From the IMG/VR virus record IMGVR_UViG_3300004369_000008, positions 1-64,000 of that record: a stretch of DNA of 64,000 nt; one strand, written 5' to 3'. Within the stretch, counting starts at the first letter, position 1. Each line of letters starts with the position of its first letter. The DNA comes from a virus. This document shows, in pieces, positions 37,723-47,068 of this stretch. The translations under genes and the position numbers were made by a program. Under the pieces are notes generated by a model. That model worked only from the letters and a program-made list of their open reading frames with translations. It did not search any database and had not been told where the DNA came from.

Positions 37723-40077
37723 ATGGCTATTTTAAGAGGTTTTCCGCCTTCAAACACGATCTCGCCTTCGGTGCGAATTACCGAAAAAGATTTGAGCTTC
37801 ATCGCTCCTCAGCAGTCATTTCATCGTGCTGGTCTGATTGGGTTCGCCTCTAAAGGTCCAATCAACGTTCCAACACTTGTAAGCACGCAACGTCAGCTAA
37901 CTACTACGTTTGGCTATCCGCACCCAGAGTCCGGTGATCCTTACTTGGTTTATGCGGCTGAACAATACCTGCTGATTGCGAATGAGTTGTACATCGTCCG
38001 AGTGGCCGATGAAGATGAAGTTAGTGATGAAAAGGCAAACACGGCATCGATTGACATTCCATCTGCTGGAGGTCAAATCGAGATCAAAACAGACGAAGTG
38101 GGCGATTACACGTTCACAGTAGATTCCTTCTTCCGCTGGAGACTGAATGGAGTTCTGGCATCTAAGACCTTGGTGGTCTTGGCCGGTACTTACACAGCCG
38201 CTCAGTTGGCAGAAGACTTGAATCTTCAACTTGTTCCAGATATTGACGGCATCGAGTTTTACTCGTTTGACACCGATACAAAAATTGGAGTGAGAACAAC
38301 ATTCTCGTTCGGCCCAGATGCCGAATTGGAAATGGTCTCTGTCCAAGACGCCATTTATGGTGGTGCGGTTGTTGACGGCAATGTTACTGGTCTTGGCCAA
38401 GGTATGACACAAGCTTCCATCACTGGTAGCAAGAGCCAATACCCAGAAGCCTACCAGACGGCTGGAGAATATGATTTCACAGGTCTAACAGACCTCAACA
38501 TTCACATCGTTATCGACGGTACTGATAACGTCAACATCGACAACGTTGTTCAGATCATTGATCTTGGAGACCTTGAAGGTGCAGAATGGACAATCTCTGA
38601 AATTGTCACAGAAATCGAAAGTCAGAAAATTGAAAACGGCGGCACGCTGCCGGGTGGATGGACAGCTTCAGCTACAGGCGACAACCTGACATTCACAACA
38701 GACCATCATGGTCGAGATGCACGACTTCTTATCAAACCCGACAGCACTGCTGAAGGACTCTTTGGTTTGGAGAACGTAACCGTTGAGGGTGCAAGCCCAA
38801 TCGGTACATCTGGTGACGCTGCGATCTATACTTATGGTCGTGTGAATGGTGATGCAAACTCCACTGGAGCCATCTCTCTCACAGTACAAGCTGATTCTCA
38901 GGGTATTGACGGCAACTCGACTCAGATCGTTATTGAAAACAACATTCGTGAAGGTAACTTCGTGATGCAAGTCTACAACCAAGGTGTACAGGTTGAGTCT
39001 TGGGGTGCCCTCATTAAAGATGAGAACTCTCGGTTCTATGTTGAAACGTTCCTCTCACTGGTTTCCAGTTGGGTACGAGCAATTGACAATACAGCAAACC
39101 CAGCGCCACCTCTTGATGGTACTTATACCCTAACTGGCGGTTCAGACGGTATTCCATCTGATCCAGACGAGCAGGACGAGCTTATCATCGGAAATCGAAT
39201 TGGTTTCACAGGCATGTATGCTCTTTCAGAGCCAGAGCAGATCGACATTGACTTGATCGCTGCTCCGGGCCACTCAAGCACGGCAATTGTGACGGCTCTT
39301 CTGGACTTGTGCCAGAACGTCAGAATGGACTGCTTGGCCATCATTGACCCACCATTCGGTTTGACAGTCAATGAGATTGTCGCATGGCAAAACGGTACTC
39401 ACCCATTGAATACAACCAGATTTGACTCCGACTTCGGAGCGCTCTACTGGCCATGGGTGAAGATCAGAGACAACTTCAACAGAGTTGATATTTGGGCACC
39501 ACCTTCGGGATCGGTTATGGCCACTATCGCTCGAAGCGATCAGTTGTCTGCTCCTTGGTTCGCACCTGCTGGTGTTAACCGTGGTACTGTTCCCAACATT
39601 ACAGACGTGTTCTCTCGCCCAACGCTGGACGAAAGAGACTTGATGTACGGCTACCGAAATGCCGTGAACCCAATCGTTCAGTTCGTGGACTTTGAAGGCT
39701 TCGTAATCTGGGGTCAAAAGACACTTCAGAGACGCCCAACTGCTCTCGACCGTGTAAACGTCAGAAGACTGATGTTCTACATCGAGAAGAGAATCAGACG
39801 TGCATCTCGCCAGTTGCTCTTCGATCCTCATGACGACATTCTGCGACAGAAGTTCACCAGAATTTCGACAGCTATTCTTCAAGAAGTTCAGGTCGGACGT
39901 GGTGTCAATGACTTCCGAGTCAAGTGTGACGAAGAGTTGAACACACCAGACGTTATCGACAGAAACGAAATGCGTGCCCGAATCGGCGTTCAGCCTATCC
40001 GAGCCGCAGAGTTCATCTTCATCGAGTTCTCGATCCACAGAACCGGATCGTTCGGTGAGAATGCAGACACGTTCTAA
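37723..40077 (+). CDS. Contractile tail sheath protein (gp18-like)
   Basis: SPSVRITEKD, KGP, LYWPW, PPSG, PWFAPAG..RG, VNPI, WGQKTL, VNVRRL, P.RAAEFI. Confidence 0.96.
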   Translation: MAILRGFPPSNTISPSVRITEKDLSFIAPQQSFHRAGLIGFASKGPINVPTLVSTQRQLTTTFGYPHPESGDPYLVYAAEQYLLIANELYIVRVADEDEVSDEKANTASIDIPSAGGQIEIKTDEVGDYTFTVDSFFRWRLNGVLASKTLVVLAGTYTAAQLAEDLNLQLVPDIDGIEFYSFDTDTKIGVRTTFSFGPDAELEMVSVQDAIYGGAVVDGNVTGLGQGMTQASITGSKSQYPEAYQTAGEYDFTGLTDLNIHIVIDGTDNVNIDNVVQIIDLGDLEGAEWTISEIVTEIESQKIENGGTLPGGWTASATGDNLTFTTDHHGRDARLLIKPDSTAEGLFGLENVTVEGASPIGTSGDAAIYTYGRVNGDANSTGAISLTVQADSQGIDGNSTQIVIENNIREGNFVMQVYNQGVQVESWGALIKDENSRFYVETFLSLVSSWVRAIDNTANPAPPLDGTYTLTGGSDGIPSDPDEQDELIIGNRIGFTGMYALSEPEQIDIDLIAAPGHSSTAIVTALLDLCQNVRMDCLAIIDPPFGLTVNEIVAWQNGTHPLNTTRFDSDFGALYWPWVKIRDNFNRVDIWAPPSGSVMATIARSDQLSAPWFAPAGVNRGTVPNITDVFSRPTLDERDLMYGYRNAVNPIVQFVDFEGFVIWGQKTLQRRPTALDRVNVRRLMFYIEKRIRRASRQLLFDPHDDILRQKFTRISTAILQEVQVGRGVNDFRVKCDEELNTPDVIDRNEMRARIGVQPIRAAEFIFIEFSIHRTGSFGENADTF

Positions 40078-40090
40078 ACAAATGGATTTA

Positions 40091-40120
40091 ACCCCGGCCA
40101 CCTGAATTGGTGGCCGGGGT
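40091..40120 (+). promoter_or_regulatory. 12-bp GC-rich hairpin without a U-tract between sheath and tube genes
   Basis: ACCCCGGCCACC-TGAATT-GGTGGCCGGGGT. Confidence 0.6.
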
Positions 40121-40140
40121 GATTTAGGAAGAGGTAAAGA

Positions 40141-40695
40141 ATGGTAGCAATGGGTATTGGTCGTCTTGGCGCACCAAACGTAATCATTAAGCGAAAGTTC
40201 AGATTCACACTACAGTTTTCAACTCCGTGTGGATTCGTTCCAGAGCATTATGTGAAGTTGGCAGCAAGACCCCAATTAGACATAGAAGAAACAGAACTGA
40301 ACTTCTTGAATGCTGTCACTTGGATTCCCGGCAAAGGCAAGTGGCAACCTTTGAGTGTCACTTATGTTGATGTCGCCACGGCTGAAATGCAAGGACTGTA
40401 TAACTGGGTCGCCACTGTGTATGAGTTCGGCGGTCCACAGGCTCCGATCACTTTGAAACAAAGTGAAAAAGCAGGGTGGAATGGCACTGGCCTTCTCACC
40501 ATGTACGATGGTTGCGGATCACCATTAGAGTATTGGCTTCTTAATTCATGCTGGCCTCAGTCGATCAATTTTGGCGACTTGGATTATGCTGATTCGGAAA
40601 CAGCCACAATTGAACTAACAGTCAGATTTTCTGATGTCCAGTTCTTCGGACAGTGCGGTGTAACAACACCAGTTAGCTGTTGCCGAGGATGTTAA
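40141..40695 (+). CDS. Tail tube protein gp19-like, copy 1
   Basis: KRKFRF, ARPQLDIEE, PGK..W, W, W.L...WP..INFGDLDY. Confidence 0.85.
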   Translation: MVAMGIGRLGAPNVIIKRKFRFTLQFSTPCGFVPEHYVKLAARPQLDIEETELNFLNAVTWIPGKGKWQPLSVTYVDVATAEMQGLYNWVATVYEFGGPQAPITLKQSEKAGWNGTGLLTMYDGCGSPLEYWLLNSCWPQSINFGDLDYADSETATIELTVRFSDVQFFGQCGVTTPVSCCRGC

Positions 40696-40712
40696 ACTAA
40701 AGAGGAACAAAA

Positions 40713-41318
40713 ATGGCAGACAAGAGAAACATGGGTATCGGCGTTATCGGCCAGCCAGATATGGTGTTCAAGCGCAAATTTCGCTACACCTTTGAAATCT
40801 TCGGCTTCTGTGATAACGAGAAGAATGTTGTTCCTGAGCATTTCGTCAAGACAGCTTCTCGACCAAATCTATCCATTGAAGAAACAGAAATCAATCACCT
40901 GAATGCTAAGACGTGGATTCCCGGCAAAGCATCTTGGGAAACAATTACAGTCACTTATGTTGACGTAGCTCACGAAGAGATGAAATCTTTGTGGAACTGG
41001 CTTGCCACAGTCTACAACTTCACTGATCCAATTCGTCTGACGATGGGCAATAAACGTGAATGGGATGCCACAGGCGTTCTTAACATGTATGACGGATGTG
41101 GTATTTTACTAGAAACATGGCAGTTGCAGCACATGTTCCCAACTGCAATTAACTTCGGCGAGCTTGATTATTCGTCTTCTGAGGAAGCGACAATCGAATT
41201 GACTCTGAGATTCTCAGATGTCAAGTACAGATCGTTCTGCCCAGCATTCGATCCATTCGCTTGCTGTGATGGATGTGGAACAACAACCAAGAAGCCACAA
41301 TACGCAGAATTCATCTAA
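40713..41318 (+). CDS. Tail tube protein gp19-like, copy 2
   Basis: Same motifs. Confidence 0.85.
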   Translation: MADKRNMGIGVIGQPDMVFKRKFRYTFEIFGFCDNEKNVVPEHFVKTASRPNLSIEETEINHLNAKTWIPGKASWETITVTYVDVAHEEMKSLWNWLATVYNFTDPIRLTMGNKREWDATGVLNMYDGCGILLETWQLQHMFPTAINFGELDYSSSEEATIELTLRFSDVKYRSFCPAFDPFACCDGCGTTTKKPQYAEFI

Positions 41319-41338
41319 GATAAAGATAGGAGTTAGGA

Positions 41339-41980
41339 ATGGCTGAGAAAATCCCAATGGGAATTGGACATCTAGGTTTCAGAAACCTAGTATTCAAACG
41401 TAAGTTTCGATTTACGTTTGTGCTGGAAGAAATCTGTGGTAGCCAAAGAATTCCCGAACATTTTGTAAAGGTCGCTTCGAGACCGAATCTGTCAATCGAA
41501 GAGACTGAAATTAACTTCCTGAACGCCAAAACTTGGATTCCCGGTAAGGCGTCTTGGGAAACGATGACTGTCACTTATATCGACGTAGCCTCCGCTGAGA
41601 TGGCACCGTTGTTTAACTGGCTGGCATCTGTGTACAACTTCACTGACCCAATCAATTTGGAGCAGGGTTCACAACGTGCAGACTATACTGCTACAGGCAT
41701 CCTTAAACTATGGGATGGTTGTGGTCAGTTATTGGAAATGTGGACAATTAAGGATGTTTGGCCAACCGCCATTAACTTTGGAGATTTGGACTATTCCAAC
41801 TCTGAAGAGGCAACAATCGAATTGACTCTGAGATACTCAGACGTTATGTACGAAAACATCTGCCCCGGTTTCGCAATTAGCCCATGTTGCTCGCCATGTG
41901 GTGGTTCACCAAACCAACCACCTGAAGAAGACCCAGAAGTCATCACGAACCACTCACCTGCTAATTTGCTTGGTTTGTAA
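41339..41980 (+). CDS. Tail tube protein gp19-like, copy 3
   Basis: Same motifs. Confidence 0.85.
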   Translation: MAEKIPMGIGHLGFRNLVFKRKFRFTFVLEEICGSQRIPEHFVKVASRPNLSIEETEINFLNAKTWIPGKASWETMTVTYIDVASAEMAPLFNWLASVYNFTDPINLEQGSQRADYTATGILKLWDGCGQLLEMWTIKDVWPTAINFGDLDYSNSEEATIELTLRYSDVMYENICPGFAISPCCSPCGGSPNQPPEEDPEVITNHSPANLLGL

Positions 41981-42003
41981 TCTTATTCAATCATGACTAA
42001 ATT

Positions 42004-42040
42004 AAAGGGGCCACAGTAAATACTGTGGCCCCTTTTTATT
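42004..42040 (+). terminator. Intrinsic terminator after tube copy 3
   Basis: AAAGGGGCCACAGT-AAAT-ACTGTGGCCCCTTTTT. Confidence 0.85.
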
Positions 42041-42052
42041 GAGGAGATAAAC

Positions 42053-42631
42053 ATGGGAAGACCAATGGGTTTGGACTTTGGCTTGAACGGCGATGGCAAG
42101 TTCTGCAAAAGGAAATTCCGTTATCTATTCAGAATTGATGGTGTGGTTGCAGACAGCCAGAAATCAATGAAGACGCTGCCGCCACTACAAAGCGCACGGC
42201 CAAACTTGAATTTCAAAGAAATGACAGCGAATCATCTAATCGAAGATGTGTTCTATCCATCCAAGCCAGACTGGAAGCCGATCAATTTAGTTCTCTATGA
42301 TCTTAAAATTGATCCACACCCAGTCTGGGAGTGGATCAAAAAATTCTACGATCCACGCCCAGAGAAAGGAATTCTACTTGCCCCTAATGAAAATCCCGGT
42401 CCAACTGAAGGCTTCATTAGAAACGCCATCCTTGATCTGTATGATGGATGTGGAGAACTTGTAGAACAATGGGTCTACGAAGATGCTTGGCCGCAAGCTG
42501 TCAACTTCCAGACTTTGGACATGGGAAGCTCCGAGATTGTAACACTAGACTTGACTATCAGGTATGTGCGAGCGTATGTGCAAGAAGCACCGCCGCCACA
42601 ACTTCAACAACCTTCAGTCGGAAGTGTTTAA
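42053..42631 (+). CDS. Divergent tail tube-like protein, copy 4
   Basis: KRKFRY, ARPNL, YDGCG, W.YEDAWPQAVNF..LD. Confidence 0.8.
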   Translation: MGRPMGLDFGLNGDGKFCKRKFRYLFRIDGVVADSQKSMKTLPPLQSARPNLNFKEMTANHLIEDVFYPSKPDWKPINLVLYDLKIDPHPVWEWIKKFYDPRPEKGILLAPNENPGPTEGFIRNAILDLYDGCGELVEQWVYEDAWPQAVNFQTLDMGSSEIVTLDLTIRYVRAYVQEAPPPQLQQPSVGSV

Positions 42632-42915
42632 TCTTCGTCTTCGGATTCTTCGTCTTCTTCAACATCATCGAAGTCACGTTTAAGCAACTCACGCATCTCA
42701 GTGAGAGCGTCTTCGAGTTGCTTATTCTTCCAATCCATCTTGCGGCAAGTGCTGCTTTTGTTGAGACGACCCTTCTTGGTATAGCATTCAGCCTCATTGT
42801 CCATGAGACAATCTACCAATTCGGTGTATCCGTTTTCTTTGAGCTTCTTGATAATTTCCTGCATCTCGATACCGGATGCAGGGTTAACAGACATAGATTC
42901 GTTATTCATATACAA
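42628..42915 (-). CDS. Small acidic-tailed protein
   Basis: TKKGRLNKS; TTGCAT-17-TAAGAT upstream. Confidence 0.6.
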   Translation of the reverse strand: MYMNNESMSVNPASGIEMQEIIKKLKENGYTELVDCLMDNEAECYTKKGRLNKSSTCRKMDWKNKQLEDALTEMRELLKRDFDDVEEDEESEDED

Positions 42916-42948
42916 CCTATCTTAACTGAGAGTTAGAATTGATGCAAG

Positions 42949-43524
42949 TCAGTTTATTATGCCTCGGGACATACCAACACCGCTCATTGAGATTTCTTTT
43001 CCATTCTTATAGAACACATGATCGAAACGATCCTGCAACCAAGTGTGATATCTCTTCTTTAATTCATTGTAGTTTCTAGCACTACGATATAGCTGGCGAA
43101 AATGGTTCAAAATACATGTTGTCATGTAATTGAAAGCTTTGGCTTTTTGCCCGCTTTTTCCTCGATAGTTTGGATTAAACCTATCGACTTTCTCAAAGCA
43201 AATAAGAACACCTTCTTGAATAGCGTCATCTACGTCAATTCCACTGAATTTGGCGTAATTTGCGATGTTCTCTGATAGAATGTAGAAAGCAACCGCTAAT
43301 CTATCCTGACAAGCCTTGAAGCACATGCTCGCTTCTTTGTGTTGGCTTAAGATTGCTTCCAGTTGCTCTTTCTTGATGTGATCTTTGTATTTAACGAAAC
43401 GTCTGTTGTGAGTTTCTTCAAGATCGGCAATTATGAGTTCGAGTTTCGCTTTCTGTCTCTTGTAGAATTGAAAAGCTTGGATAATAGACTCGAAATCCTT
43501 GTTATTAAGGTACTCGTTAGCCAT
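42949..43524 (-). CDS. Late-transcription sigma factor, T4 gp55-like
   Basis: YLNNKDF, NIANYAKFSG, DDAIQEG...C.EK.DRFNP, AFNYMTT..LNHFRQ. Confidence 0.8.
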   Translation of the reverse strand: MANEYLNNKDFESIIQAFQFYKRQKAKLELIIADLEETHNRRFVKYKDHIKKEQLEAILSQHKEASMCFKACQDRLAVAFYILSENIANYAKFSGIDVDDAIQEGVLICFEKVDRFNPNYRGKSGQKAKAFNYMTTCILNHFRQLYRSARNYNELKKRYHTWLQDRFDHVFYKNGKEISMSGVGMSRGIIN

Positions 43525-43622
43525 GGTCCTCCGGTTCGGATGCTATAAGGGGTATGTAACTATGCAAGCACGGCTAACATTTTGAAAAGAAAATCCTTCT
43601 TCCTTGACTTACTTAACGTAGT

Positions 43623-43826
43623 ATGAATCCAACTAACTTATACGCAGAGTTACAATCAAATCCCAGAAGCCGAGCGGCCTACCGGAAACTTGCTGCCTAT
43701 TACAAAAATTGTAACCAAGACAATATCGCTGAGGCATACCTCTATCTTCTGGAGAAAAAGTTCAATGTATCTGACGACTCAAATCTTGACGAAGAACAAC
43801 GAGAAGACATTACCAGCGACAATTGA
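43623..43826 (+). CDS. Small TPR-like hypothetical protein
   Basis: AYRKLAAYY...AEAY. Confidence 0.45.
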   Translation: MNPTNLYAELQSNPRSRAAYRKLAAYYKNCNQDNIAEAYLYLLEKKFNVSDDSNLDEEQREDITSDN

Positions 43827-44709
43827 GTCTATTTCTCCATTAGTCAATCAAATAGTGGTTGGAGATTTGGGCAGCACAGATCAAACCAAAAACATCTGTA
43901 AGCAACTCGGTGTGATCTGGGAGAACTGTCAAGGAATGAACAGATCAAGAGCAAGAAACTTTCTGTTTGATGCTCACAAAAGCAATTTCCACTTCGCAAT
44001 TGAACCATGGGAAGTTTTAACATCTGGTCATGATCGACTCAGAAAACTCAAGTGCAACACCATGGTCAACATATTCAGCAACGGGTCGCTGAGCAAAGAC
44101 GTGAGAATCTGGAACACAGGAAGATTTCACAATCCGATCTTTGAAAGACTTGATGAAGATGGACTGGACTCCAATTTGGTTCTCTATTCGGCTGGTGGAG
44201 TTCAATTTGAGGACGCTGTGAAGCTGCTGGAGACGTGGAAGGGTGATAACCCGACATCCGCCCGACCATACTACTACCATGCGTGTATGCTGCTCTCAGA
44301 GAGCCGATACGAGGAGTTCTTGAAAATGGCTGACCACTATCTATTCATTGAAAAAGAGAGAAACAGCATGTCGGCCACGATGACCAGATACTATTACGCT
44401 CTAGTACAAATTTTGCACCACAGAAAGGCCCGACCTGCACTCCAGAACTTAAACCTGTGTTTGTGCGTGAATCCTTTAATGGCTGAGTTCTGGTGCTTGA
44501 CAGGGGATGTCTATTACCACATCGTCAAGGACCACGAAAAAGCAAAAGAGTTCTATGAAAATGCGATCATTCTCGGGTCTCGCAGACTTACAAATAGCCC
44601 TTGGCCTATGGAGGTTGCCAAATATAGCGAGTATCCTCAAAGAATGATCGCAAGTTGTGATAAGATCATTGAATCAAGATTCACTTACGGCAGTGTGCCG
44701 AAGAAATGA
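43765..44709 (+). CDS. Degenerate GT2 glycosyltransferase + TPR protein
   Basis: ILTKNNE, DLGSTDQT, SRARN; DxD is replaced by IEPWE; C-terminal TPRs. Confidence 0.7.
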   Translation: MYLTTQILTKNNEKTLPATIESISPLVNQIVVGDLGSTDQTKNICKQLGVIWENCQGMNRSRARNFLFDAHKSNFHFAIEPWEVLTSGHDRLRKLKCNTMVNIFSNGSLSKDVRIWNTGRFHNPIFERLDEDGLDSNLVLYSAGGVQFEDAVKLLETWKGDNPTSARPYYYHACMLLSESRYEEFLKMADHYLFIEKERNSMSATMTRYYYALVQILHHRKARPALQNLNLCLCVNPLMAEFWCLTGDVYYHIVKDHEKAKEFYENAIILGSRRLTNSPWPMEVAKYSEYPQRMIASCDKIIESRFTYGSVPKK

Positions 44710-44710
44710 A

Positions 44711-44842
44711 TCAATGTTCTTTGTCCTTTTTATGTCGTTTCAAGTATGAAACAGACTCATTGTTCTCGTATTTCTTAATGAACTGGCAGTTCATACAAAG
44801 CACTTGGAACCCTTCAGGAAGTCCGTTACGTTTTAGCCAGTA
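44711..44842 (-). pseudogene. Orphan C-terminal fragment of an HNH endonuclease
   Basis: Minus strand reads YWLKRNGLPEGFQVLCMNCQFIK...* with no start codon; same family as 50060..50325. Confidence 0.65.
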
Positions 44843-44844
44843 AC

Positions 44845-45234
44845 TCAATACAATTCTTCAATATGATTGACAACTACTGTTACCTGATCTTCAAACCGAG
44901 CAATGTCCAACTGCTTACGACCAGTTCCCAACTTACGCAACTCATCAGACAGTTCGTAAATCGAACAGTTGATGATCTGCCAGTTATTCTTGGAAAGCAG
45001 TGATGTTTCTTTCTCGACCTCATCTTCCGTAGGCGCTTCTTTCGTTGGAAAGTAATTCGCCAGTTCCTTGCCAGCCTTCAACATGACGTTCCTGTAGACC
45101 GTATGGTTGCATTTACAACCCGGATTCTTCATGAACTTTTGAATGTCATCTTGAAGTTCTTCTGGCAAGTTGTCTCGAAAGCGTTGGTCTAATAAAGCTT
45201 GCTTAACATCGTGGACGGTCACTCGTTTTCTCAT
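44845..45234 (-). CDS. Hypothetical protein
   Basis: RBS AAGGA; NPGCKCN. Confidence 0.65.
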   Translation of the reverse strand: MRKRVTVHDVKQALLDQRFRDNLPEELQDDIQKFMKNPGCKCNHTVYRNVMLKAGKELANYFPTKEAPTEDEVEKETSLLSKNNWQIINCSIYELSDELRKLGTGRKQLDIARFEDQVTVVVNHIEELY

Positions 45235-45670
45235 TGAAATTCCTTTTCCAGTAGGCTTCCATATTAGAGCGTTCGATCTCCACTTCTCTCTTGAGTAGCT
45301 TCAAATCTTCCATCTCTTCTTTATCCAGCAAGCCAGAATTGTTCAACATGTCAAGTTGATTGACCATCTCACATTTCCAGATATCCAGATTAGGCACATC
45401 ATCCATATTGCCATAACTTAGGAATCCATCGGGGTTGACATCTTTGATTTCCAACACTGGAAGAGGTTTGGCCTCGACAGGCTTGGGAGCCGGTTCTGTT
45501 TTAGAAAACCCAACTAGGTTCATCAAAACATCCATAACATCAAGAAAGTTGATGTCATGTTCCTTGATGAATTTACCGAGTCTTTCTTTTTTTGATTTCG
45601 AGCTTCGGATTGAAGGCGGGTTTTTCTGGGAGTAATCCATCTCGGATTCTCTGTTCTCGTTCTCGTTCAT
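45203..45670 (-). CDS. Hypothetical protein
   Basis: Coupled ORF. Confidence 0.5.
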   Translation of the reverse strand: MNENENRESEMDYSQKNPPSIRSSKSKKERLGKFIKEHDINFLDVMDVLMNLVGFSKTEPAPKPVEAKPLPVLEIKDVNPDGFLSYGNMDDVPNLDIWKCEMVNQLDMLNNSGLLDKEEMEDLKLLKREVEIERSNMEAYWKRNFNEKTSDRPRC

Positions 45671-45980
45671 AATTATCCTTTTCTGCTTGGTCTTCACGCT
45701 CTTTAATTGTCTTAGCGTACACCTCTGGCAACACCTTCGATATAACGCCACGCCCACAATGTGGGCATTTGAACGCCTTGTTACGAGGTGTTGATTTTCT
45801 CTCTGTTACCTTTTTTGTGGCCGAGTCTAATCGAGGCGCACCACCGGGAACATCTGCAAGAGGAAGCTCTGTCAAGTCAGCATCAATACCCTCGGTGATG
45901 ATTTTCTTAAAGCTGCAAGGCTCGCAGAAAATCATCCACCGTTTATGTCTGATCTGTGTGTTCTTCTTCTCGTTCTCCAA
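45573..45980 (-). CDS. Zn-ribbon protein
   Basis: CEPC...CPHCG; TTG start after AGGAG. Confidence 0.55.
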   Translation of the reverse strand: MENEKKNTQIRHKRWMIFCEPCSFKKIITEGIDADLTELPLADVPGGAPRLDSATKKVTERKSTPRNKAFKCPHCGRGVISKVLPEVYAKTIKEREDQAEKDNYEREREQRIRDGLLPEKPAFNPKLEIKKRKTR

Positions 45981-46305
45981 CTGGCTCTCCTGTATCGATA
46001 ATAAACTCGATCTTACTATTTGCCCACTCAAACAACAAATTATTCCAAGTGGCCAATAAACCCCCAGCGAAGCCGCAGGCCAGAATAATTGACCAATGAG
46101 ATGAAATAATAAGCCATCCACAAAGGAATCCCGCCCATGTTCCAGTGCATTCGTAGCAATTAAAAAGAGACTCGGACCATTTCCAATAGTGCATCCATTG
46201 ACGGATGCTACGACCACCTATCTTGATAGAATCAAAAATTGTACCATGTACCAAGATGTTGGTCAGGCCAATAGTTGACAGCACAAACAAAATGAATGTT
46301 ATCAT
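45943..46305 (-). CDS. Small membrane protein (DUF1360-like CxxCxGxW)
   Basis: TM segments; CYECTGTWAG. Confidence 0.65.
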   Translation of the reverse strand: MITFILFVLSTIGLTNILVHGTIFDSIKIGGRSIRQWMHYWKWSESLFNCYECTGTWAGFLCGWLIISSHWSIILACGFAGGLLATWNNLLFEWANSKIEFIIDTGEPVGEREEEHTDQT

Positions 46306-46646
46306 TATTTCTCATCCTCATCGTTGTTCTTGTATTTCTTTTCCATGATCTGACGGATCATTAGTTTGTTCTCTTCGTTCTCTCTGATGTCCATATTGCT
46401 AGGAACAAATCTTGGGAAAGGATGATCGAAGTCAACCTTCTCGACTCGACAAGCTTCCTTTGTTGTAGGAACAACTGAAACTAGATAATTGGATTCCTCT
46501 TGTATGTCCTTGATGAACTCTGAGTTCAAGTCTTTGAACATTTCAATCTGTTCTTTGAAAGTCACGCCTTCAATATCAGGGTTGTAGTTCAAGAAGAACA
46601 CAACCACACCCTTCAAATTCTTATTCTCGCTCACTGTTACCTCCAA
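46305..46646 (-). CDS. Hypothetical protein
   Basis: Coupled ORF. Confidence 0.6.
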   Translation of the reverse strand: MEVTVSENKNLKGVVVFFLNYNPDIEGVTFKEQIEMFKDLNSEFIKDIQEESNYLVSVVPTTKEACRVEKVDFDHPFPRFVPSNMDIRENEENKLMIRQIMEKKYKNNDEDEK

Positions 46647-47014
46647 AATGATATGTAGAGCATCTTTTCATCACGCCATGTGCTGTAATAGAAATCGCCT
46701 TCGATCTCACAGAGTTTCTCGCAAATCCCAACTGAATCCTCCAAAGGAACTTCGATGTTCATGGACACACCATAATTGAGTCTTTCTATTACAACTCTTT
46801 CACCGAAATACTCTTCTAGTATTGCAATGTGTTCATCATGCAGGTTGTTCAGGAAGTCCAACATGGCCGACTTGCCAATTTGTCTTAGAAATGGCATCTG
46901 CTTACCCAGCCGCCATTGTTCAAAATAACTGAACATGTGCGGTGGGAGAAGTTTTTGCAACTCCCTATCATGAAAAACCAATTTTTCGACGTTCGAGAAA
47001 TTCAATATGACCAT
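46637..47014 (-). CDS. Hypothetical protein
   Basis: Coupled ORF. Confidence 0.6.
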   Translation of the reverse strand: MVILNFSNVEKLVFHDRELQKLLPPHMFSYFEQWRLGKQMPFLRQIGKSAMLDFLNNLHDEHIAILEEYFGERVVIERLNYGVSMNIEVPLEDSVGICEKLCEIEGDFYYSTWRDEKMLYISFWR

Positions 47015-47068
47015 ACTCTTATACCAACGTAATGGGTTCTAAAAGAACATAGTAACAAGGAGTAAAAT

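Noticed and set aside
39274-40101. Long antisense ORFs such as this 275-aa one and many 60-190-aa overlaps
   Set aside because: They shadow well-supported genes and have no RBS or recognisable motifs
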